From: the human T2T-CHM13v2.0 reference genome, Homo sapiens
Strand: one strand, 5' to 3'
Assembly: GCF_009914755.1 (NCBI RefSeq)
Contig: NC_060931.1
Length of the DNA stretch: 64,000 bases
The notes under the pieces were generated by a model, which was not told the origin of the DNA, ran no database searches, and worked only from the letters and a program-made list of their open reading frames with translations. Of the stretch, positions 48,380 to 64,000 are shown piece by piece. Position 1 is the first letter of the stretch. Each line of letters starts with the position of its first letter. A program made the translations under genes and the position numbers.

Positions 48380-48444
48380 CAACCGCGGCGGCGGTGGCTC
48401 CTGCTGCTGTGATCGGCGGCGGCCGCGCCGGGAGAGAGCGGCAT
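48379..48444 (-). other. uORF1 in RHEB 5' leader (MPLSPGAAAADHSSRSHRRRG*), in frame with RHEB
   Basis: ATG at 48444, 99 nt upstream of the main ATG; TGA at 48381-48379; translation inferred, not shown. Confidence 0.7.
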
Positions 48445-50271
48445 ACAGAGCAGGGGCGGCGGCGGGCGCGGCTGCCTCTCGCTCGCTAGCTCGCGCGCTC
48501 CCAACCGCCCGGAACCGACCGCGCGGCGGCGCCCCTCCCCCCCACAACACGCCCACGTGACCGGCCGGCGTCAGCACCGCCCCTCTTCGCGCCGTGGCCC
48601 GCCGCCTCCGCCCCCCGAAATACGCGGGGGGTGCGTCGGGGCGACGTTTTACTTTAAAGGCAAAAAAAGGGGACGCCGCGATGCCCCCAGAAAAGTCACG
48701 ACTGAAACTCGCTGCGTCATGACCCTCCCACCTTCTTCCGCCGCTTTTTAATTACGCCATTCTCCCCGAGCGCCGATTGGACAGCTCCTGCACAGCCGCG
48801 CGATGACGTGTCGGAAACTCCATCTCCCATTGGGGGAAACAAGGAGGCGGGGAGGGGGGGGCGGGGCTGCCCGCCCGGGAGCTAAAAATACACCTCGCTG
48901 CTACCGCGCTGTTGGGCGCCGGCTAGGTTTGAAGGCTTCAAACTTCCAACCGGTTAGGGGCGGGCGGGAGAGGCGGAGAGACAAACGGTGGCTCCCTGGT
49001 GATTGGCCAGAACGGAGCGCAGGGCGGGGCAATAGGTGGGAGGTGCGGTGATTGGCGAAACGCTAAGCGGTTGGCGGGTTCGCGCCCGCTGAGCCCGTGA
49101 AGGGCGCGAGGCGCGTGGCCTGGGCGGGTGGGCTGGCTCCTCCCTCGGGGTTTTTTGAAAATTCTCCTTGAGCTGCGTTAGCGTTCGTGTCTGGGTTTGA
49201 GGATGTAGTGGTGACTAAGCGTCACCGACGGCCGAAGGACTGTGGGAAGCATGGAGTCTGCGTTAATTCAAAGTGTTAGGAATTTCATTAAAAACAGGGC
49301 GAGCCTCGTCAGTTCTGGTGTCCGCTTCGCTTCGCGCGGAGCTCGGCGCACCTCCTGGAACAGCGCCGGGGCGGGAAGCCGGTTCTCCGCCAGCACCGGG
49401 GCGGCTGGTGCGGCGGGCAGGCCCGAGCCGGGTGCCAGGAACGCCTCGGGCCGCGGTGTGGACGGGCGGAGACCGTGGTGTGGGCACAGCCTTCCCAGGG
49501 GTGCAGTGCAGAGGGGCGCGGGAAGGGAAGCCCGGCCGGGAACGCAGGTGCCGTTGAGGGACCAGCCTGCAGGCAGGCCCGGCGTGGTGGCTGCTGGAGG
49601 GCTTGGCACTTGCCGAGTTAGCAGAGACTCCGCCGCGCCGGGGAACCCGCCCCTATTCTGCCCAGGCTGTTTGGCAGTGGGGACCTGCAGAGGCCGGGCA
49701 TGGCCCTTCGCCCTTTGCCAGTGATCGGTGGGGAGGAATGAAGCCAGGGGAAGCTGAGTGGCAGGCCTTGTATTCCAGCGTAGGAAGGTTTAGAGGTGAC
49801 TGGAGTCGACTTGGAACACCCAACCCAAGAGCGACTCCCTCCAGCTTTCCCACGGAAGCACTCCGATGAGGGGCTGGGGTGTGCATTCTTGTCCTCGGGG
49901 ATCTACAGATGGAAGCCCCAGGCAGCCAGCCAGAAGTGATCAATGTCTGGAAGTTCTATGTTTCCATGAAATGTTGAGGTTTACGCTATAGTTATTTTAA
50001 GTATTTTAAAATAAAGGTCTTAAAATGCACTCTCCTGTAAAATGTGTCGTTTTTATCCTGTGGATTCGGATACCCTCACCACGGTGTTTTTGAACAGATG
50101 CTACTAAATTCCTTGCATTATAAAATCAGTTTAGTTTTACCTTTTTTTAAAAAAAATAGAACAGAATAGAAAACTGCGTTATGCATAGTAAGGGTAAGTA
50201 TGTGTCCTCATTAGTACAGTGGTGAGTTAAAAAAAATGAGTAAGGGTAAGTTTGTGTAAGTGCACGTGTAG

Positions 50272-50629
<358 letters not shown>

Positions 50630-50755
50630 TCATTGTAAAGTTTCTTACAGTGGGTTGCTTCAAAAAGTTTGAAAGCACTGCCCTAGCCTGAGAATATTGG
50701 TAATCCAGATGTGAAGCACAGTTGTAAAGGACAAATTCATTCAAAAAGTTTTCCA

Positions 50756-51390
<635 letters not shown>

Positions 51391-52603
51391 TTACCTAAAA
51401 TAGTAGGGACTCATTGTCTGAATTCACATGGAAATACCTGACTGCAACCAGACAGCAACAGTGTTGGAAGAAATGGACTTGCTTTTGTATTCAAAGTAGC
51501 TCCCTTATTGGTGGCTAACTCAGTCACCTTTGACTTTGCAGCAGCTGGAAGGTCTGCTGCCACCAGTCAGCTTCTCCTCAGCAGGTCCTGCTTGTTCGGG
51601 AGTGCTCGAGTCCTCAGCCTGCTGCCTTCTCTCTGTGTGTACTTCCACTTCTGTTCCCTTTCCCTGCGAACTAAGAACTATGTGTCTTCTGTTAAGTTCC
51701 CAGAGAGAGAACATCATCGGTTCTGTTAATTCCCATCATCCCTTGAGTGAGGAGCTCATGCTAAGCATGTAGATTGTCCAGAGGGGTCTCTGCTGACCTA
51801 CACCTCTGACGGCTGGTGGTTATGGAAGTTCTTTGAAATTTGGACATCTGATATTATGGGGTTTGTATTAACTTTCCATGAGCACTTCCAAGCCCAGTAT
51901 CTGATTTCTAGTTCCAACATATTTGTTTTAAGTACCAGAGATAACATACAAAACCTTTTCCCCCTACCACTGGGTTACACCAAGGTCAGAGTAAAAAACC
52001 ACTGCTGTGATTGTTTTTACCAAAAGGACATTCTTTTATGTGGAAAAGGGTGACCCCAATGAAAGTAGACATTAAGGAGTTTTGTGGTTTGGTTTGGTTT
52101 TTAAAAATATTTGATGAGGGAAGAATGGAGAAGAACCAGAATCCTCTTGATCTTGGCATAAGCCAAATCAGACTGAACTGTTATGTCTCACACTGGTGTC
52201 ATTCCAAATCAAACAATGCATGCAAAGGTTATTCTATTATGTGGTCATCTTATTGGAGTCAAAGGGGCAGGTCCTTTGTGGATGGAAGAGGGGTTTCCTT
52301 GGTGGGGAGTTGACTGTCCTGTCCGCAGCGTTGTAGGATGAAAGCCATCCTGGGAAAGGTGAATTCCCTGAATTTCACTGGGAGGAAGGAAAATCCTGCC
52401 CTCTCTGACATACGGGATCAGTTTGGTCTGAACTCTGAGGTATGGAGTTGCATGGAGTCCTCCCAGAAGAGGGAATGTGGAGTAAGCCAGCCCTAAGGCC
52501 ATGCAGGTAGGGCATGTTTGAGAGAGGGCTGGCTCAGCAAAGAACTCTGAGGACAGGTCTGGGGTTATACAGTAGTTGTAAATTGTTCTCAACTGTTCTC
52601 AAT

Positions 52604-53024
52604 TGTTACAGGTTGAATTTGTCCCCCGCCAAAAGATATGTTGAAGTCCTACCCTTTCAGAATGTGACCTTATTTGGAAATAGGCCATTGCAGATGTAAT
52701 TAGTTGAGATGAGATCATATTGGAGTAGGGTAGGCCAATCCAGTATGACTAGTATCTTCATAAGAAGAGACACAGACATGCAAGAGATGGTCAACGTGAA
52801 GACCAAGGTGGAGACTGGAGTGACGTCTTAAGCTAAGGAACTCCTGGGGCTACCTGAACCTGGAAGAGGCAAGGAAATGTCCATTCCTAGTGACTTCAGA
52901 GGGAACACGGCCCTTCTGACACTGATTTCCGGCTTCCGGCTTCCAGAACTGTGAACAAATTTATCTTGTTTTAAGCCACCCAGTTTGCGGCACTTTGTTA
53001 TGGCAGCTATAGGAAACTAACACA
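52604..53024 (+). mobile_element. MLT1 (A/B/C-like) solo LTR
   Basis: TGTTACAGGTTGAATTTGTCCCC...gaatgtgaccttatttggaaatagg...ggaaactaaCACA. Confidence 0.85.
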
Positions 53025-54208
53025 TTAACTGTCCTCAAATTTTCAAGAAAGTTTCATTAAAAGTTCAAATCTGGTTTCTGCTGGGCTGTGAATGAAGTTG
53101 GCTTCTCCCATCCCCAAGACCAGGATGTTCCTAGTAGGAGCCTTCACCAGCAGCAGGCTGCCAAGCCCAGCAATCTCCTGAGGTTGCTGGTAGCAGTGGC
53201 CAGGCAAAATGGTTGGAGCAGAACACACACGTAGGACCTGTTCCTAAGAACCCATGCAAAGGCACCTGGGAGACACGCAGGAAGGGCCAGGAGGCCCCTT
53301 CCTTGCAATAAAACAGGTGATGGCTCGTGCCTGCACAGCTTGGATTACATGTGATCCTCAGATGCGTCTTAGATGTGGATTTAGTCACGGGGTTAGCAAG
53401 CCACTGAGAGATATGCTAATAATTAACATTTGAGGGACGTATTCACTATCGGTTCATCCGCCTATGTGAAGAGTTGTCTTATTCAGCATATTGGGCTCCA
53501 GAGAGTTTCTTCTATTGTGGTGCAGGAAAAAAAATAGAACTTCTATCTTAAACATTTTTCTTTAAAAACAAAAAAAAATTGAGCTTTGCTAATATGTAAT
53601 ACATGGACTGACCACAGCACTCTCACTCAGTCTGTATGGTGGATGGTGGCATGTGATGACCGGTACATGTATCACAACAGAGACGCATTAGCACCATTGC
53701 CTTGAGTGTTTAGTGTTGAGAATTTTATAACATATTGCTTGTCACATGCTTGGTTATGAGGAACTACAGAATACATTACTTAATTTCTGCTAAATTAAAC
53801 CAAACCTCACCAAACAGCCATTGGCCTAAAATATTACCTTCAAAGAAATCATGAATTAACGATGAGAATAAATATGCAATATAAGCATATACTAAGAAAA
53901 ATGGCAGAGCTGCCACCTCTTCCTGTATGAGCTCTTTGCAGCTACATTAAAGGTATACATGATGGTCTAATCATATCTGACAAGAAAATCACCAAAAAAG
54001 TGAAATATGACAGGAGCATTTAAAATATGAATTCACATCTACTATTTCTGATGACTAAGTGTAGCTACACTTTGAGATACTTGCTAATGATATAGTGTCT
54101 CTTACAAATAGCAAGATGTTTACAAACTAAGCCTCCAAAACATGAAGACAGACATGATATACACATTTTACTACCACCTTTTTTAAAAAAAAAAATATAT
54201 ATATATCA

Positions 54209-56505
<2,297 letters not shown>

Positions 56506-56559
56506 TAAGATCCATATATTGCAACTGTTTGCTATGTTGTTTAAGTTTCTTTGTTATTT

Positions 56560-59600
<3,041 letters not shown>

Positions 59601-59852
59601 CCAGGTGTATTAGTCCATTCTCATGCTGCTATGAAGAAATACCCGAGACTGGGTAATTTATACAGAAAAGAAGTTTAGTTGACTCTCAGTTCTGCATGGC
59701 TAGGGAGGCCTCAGGAAACTCACAATCATGGCAGAAGGCATCTCTTCACAGGGTGGCAGGAGAGAGAATGAGTGCAAGCAGGGGAAATGCCAGACCCTTA
59801 TATTAATAAAATCATCAGATCTCATGAGACTCACTCATTCTCATGAGAACAG

Positions 59853-59972
59853 CATGGGGGAAACTGCTCCCATGATTCAGTTACCTCCTCCTGGTCCCTC
59901 CCTTGACACATGGGGGAAACTGCCCCCATGATTCAGTTACCTCCTCCTGGTCCCTCCCTTGACACATGGGGG
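59853..59972 (+). repeat. 56-bp tandem duplication inside the THE1D LTR
   Basis: Units 59853-59908 and 59909-59964, 1 mismatch, bounded by CATGGGGG. Confidence 0.95.
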
Positions 59973-61193
59973 ATTATGGGCATTACAATTCAAGGTGAGA
60001 TTTGGGTGGGGACACAGAGCTGAATCATATCAGATTCTGGCCCCTCCAAAATTTCATGTCCTCACATTTCAAAACACAATGATACCCTTCCAACAGTCCC
60101 CCATAATCTTAACCATTCCAGCATTAACCCAAAAGTCCAAGTCCAAAGTGTCATCTGAGACAAGGCAAGTCCCTTCCGCCTAGTAGCCTGTAAAATCAAA
60201 ATCAAGTTAGTTACTTCCTAGATACGATAGGGTTACAGGCATTGGGTAAATACACCCATTCCAAATGGGAGAAATTGGTCAAAAGAAAGGGGCTGCAGGC
60301 CCCATGCAAATCCAAAATACAAGAGAGCAGTCATTAAACCTTAAAGTTCTAAAGTGATCTTCTTTGACTCCATGTCTCACATCCAGGTCACGCTGATGCA
60401 AGAGATGGACCCCCATGGCCTTGGGCAGCTCTGCCCCTGTGGCTTTGCAGGGTACGGCCTCCTCCTGGCTGCTTTCATGGGCTGGTGTTGAGTGTCTGTG
60501 GCTTTTCCAGGTGCATGGTGCAAGCTGTCAGTGGATCTACCATTCTGAGGTCTGGAGGATGGTGGCCCTCTTCCCACAGCTCCACTAGGCAGTGCCCCAG
60601 TGGAGACTCTGTGTGGGGGCTCTGACCCCACATTTCCCTTCTGCATTGACTTAGCAGAGGTTCTCCATGAGGGCCTTGCCCCTGCAGCAAACTTCTGCCA
60701 GAACATCCAGGCATTTCCATACATCCTCTGAAATCTAGGCAGGGGTTCCCAAACCTTAATTCTTGACTTCTGGGCACCCACAGGCTCAATACCATGTGGA
60801 AGCAAAGAAGCACTGGGGCTTGTACCCTCTGAAGCAATGGTCTCAGCTATACCTTTGCCCCTTTTAGCCATGGCTGGAACTGAACCAGCAGGGATGGAGA
60901 GCACCATGTCTTGAGGCTGCACAGAGCAGGCTGCTCTGGGCCCAGCCCGTGTTAACTATTTTTCCCTTCTAGACCACTGGGCCTGTGATGAGAGGGGAAG
61001 GTCTCTGACATGCCCTGGAGACATCTTCCCAATTATCTTGGATCTGATTAACATTTGGCTCCTCATTATGCAAATTTCTGCAGTAGGCTTGAATTTCTCC
61101 CCAGAAAATGGGTTTTTCTTTTCTATCACATCGTCAGGCTGCAACTTTGCCAAACTTTTATGCTCTGCTTCTTCTTGAATGCTTTGCCACTCA

Positions 61194-61579
<386 letters not shown>

Positions 61580-61894
61580 CTAAACATAGCAAGAGTGGCC
61601 TTTGCTCCAGTTCCCAAGAAGTTCCTCATCTCTGTCTGAGACCACCTTAGCCTGGACTTCATTGCCCATATCATTATCAGCATTTTGGTCAAAACCATTC
61701 AACAAGTCTCTAGGAAGTTCCAAAGCTTCCCACATCTTTCTGTCTTCTGAGCCCTCCAAACTATTCCAGCCTCTGCCTGTTACCCAGTTCCAAAGTCGTT
61801 TCCACGTTTTCGAGTATCCTTATAGCAGCTCCCCACTTGTGGTAGCAATTTACTGTATTAGTCCGTTCTCACACTGCTATGAAGAAATACCTGA

Positions 61895-62443
<549 letters not shown>

Positions 62444-62734
62444 TAATGGACTTACAGTTCCTCATGGCTGGGGAAGCATCAAGAAACTTACAATCACGGT
62501 GGAAGGTACCTCTTCACAGGGCAGCAGGAGAGAGACTGAGTGCAAGCAGAGAAAATGCCAGACACTTATAAAACCATCAGATCTCATGAGACTCCCTCAT
62601 TATCACAAGAGCATGGGGGAAACTGCCCTCATGATTCAATTATCTCCACTTGGTCCCGCCCTTGACACATAAGGATTATGGGGATTAAAATTCAAGGTGA
62701 GATTTGGGTGTGGACACAGAGCTAAACCACATCA

Positions 62735-63905
<1,171 letters not shown>

Positions 63906-64000
63906 TGATATGGTTTGGCTCTGTGTCTCCACACAAATCTCATCTTGAATTGTAACCCCCCTGTGTCGAAGAGGGGACCTGGTGGGAGGTGACTGGATCA
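63906..64000 (+). mobile_element. THE1/MST LTR 5' end (cut by window edge), inserted in an Alu
   Basis: TGATATGGTTTGGCTCTGTGTC...CAAATCTCATCTTGAATTGTA LTR start directly after the Alu mid-linker aattagccacg. Confidence 0.88.

Larger units (their letters stand above)
47800..49750. promoter_or_regulatory. CpG-island promoter of RHEB (TATA-less, probably bidirectional)
   Basis: Very GC/CpG-rich; GC boxes; CCAAT (ATTGG on +) at 48776, 48829, 49002, 49051; E-box CACGTG 48554-48559; CRE half-sites at 48569, 48715, 48804, 49220. Confidence 0.93.

Noticed and set aside
47833-49943. Many long Arg/Pro/Gly/Ala-rich ORFs (up to 218 aa) on both strands
   Set aside because: Expected from stop-codon scarcity in a CpG island; no recognisable domains
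60377-60922. 181-aa ORF in THE1 internal region
   Set aside because: Degenerate MaLR internal sequence; such ORF remnants are common and the element is non-autonomous

Overview
Human (primate) genomic DNA from the RHEB locus (7q36.1). RHEB is on the minus strand: a CpG-island promoter and first coding exon at about 47.8-49.7 kb, then coding exons 2-6 down to position 222. The last two exons lie beyond the left edge. All six exons are bounded by GT-AG splice sites and translate to the known RHEB sequence, residues 1-127. The 28-kb intron 1 holds an antisense processed pseudogene of ETF1 (eRF1), inserted in an old L1 and itself interrupted by an Alu, plus a candidate 92-nt poison exon. The rest is repeat-dense: about 45 Alus, L1M/L2/MIR fragments, MER85, MER8, MER58, Charlie1a and MaLR LTRs. 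A complete THE1D-type MaLR element with an intact 5-bp TSD lies 11-14 kb upstream. Nearly all ORFs in the supplied track are Alu-, L1-, LTR- or CpG-island artefacts. I see no convincing wholly new biological system. The best leads are regulatory: (i) a multi-uORF RHEB leader with an in-frame uORF separated from RHEB by a single UGA that overlaps a second uORF start; (ii) a cassette exon ending exactly in an in-frame stop; (iii) an eRF1 retrocopy, read antisense with every RHEB pre-mRNA, whose NIKS, YxCxxxF and GGQ motifs are all disrupted; (iv) a MER85 with its PGBD3 palindrome intact; (v) DUX4-type sites in THE1D. Repeat subfamily calls are from remembered consensus sequences and their ends are approximate.
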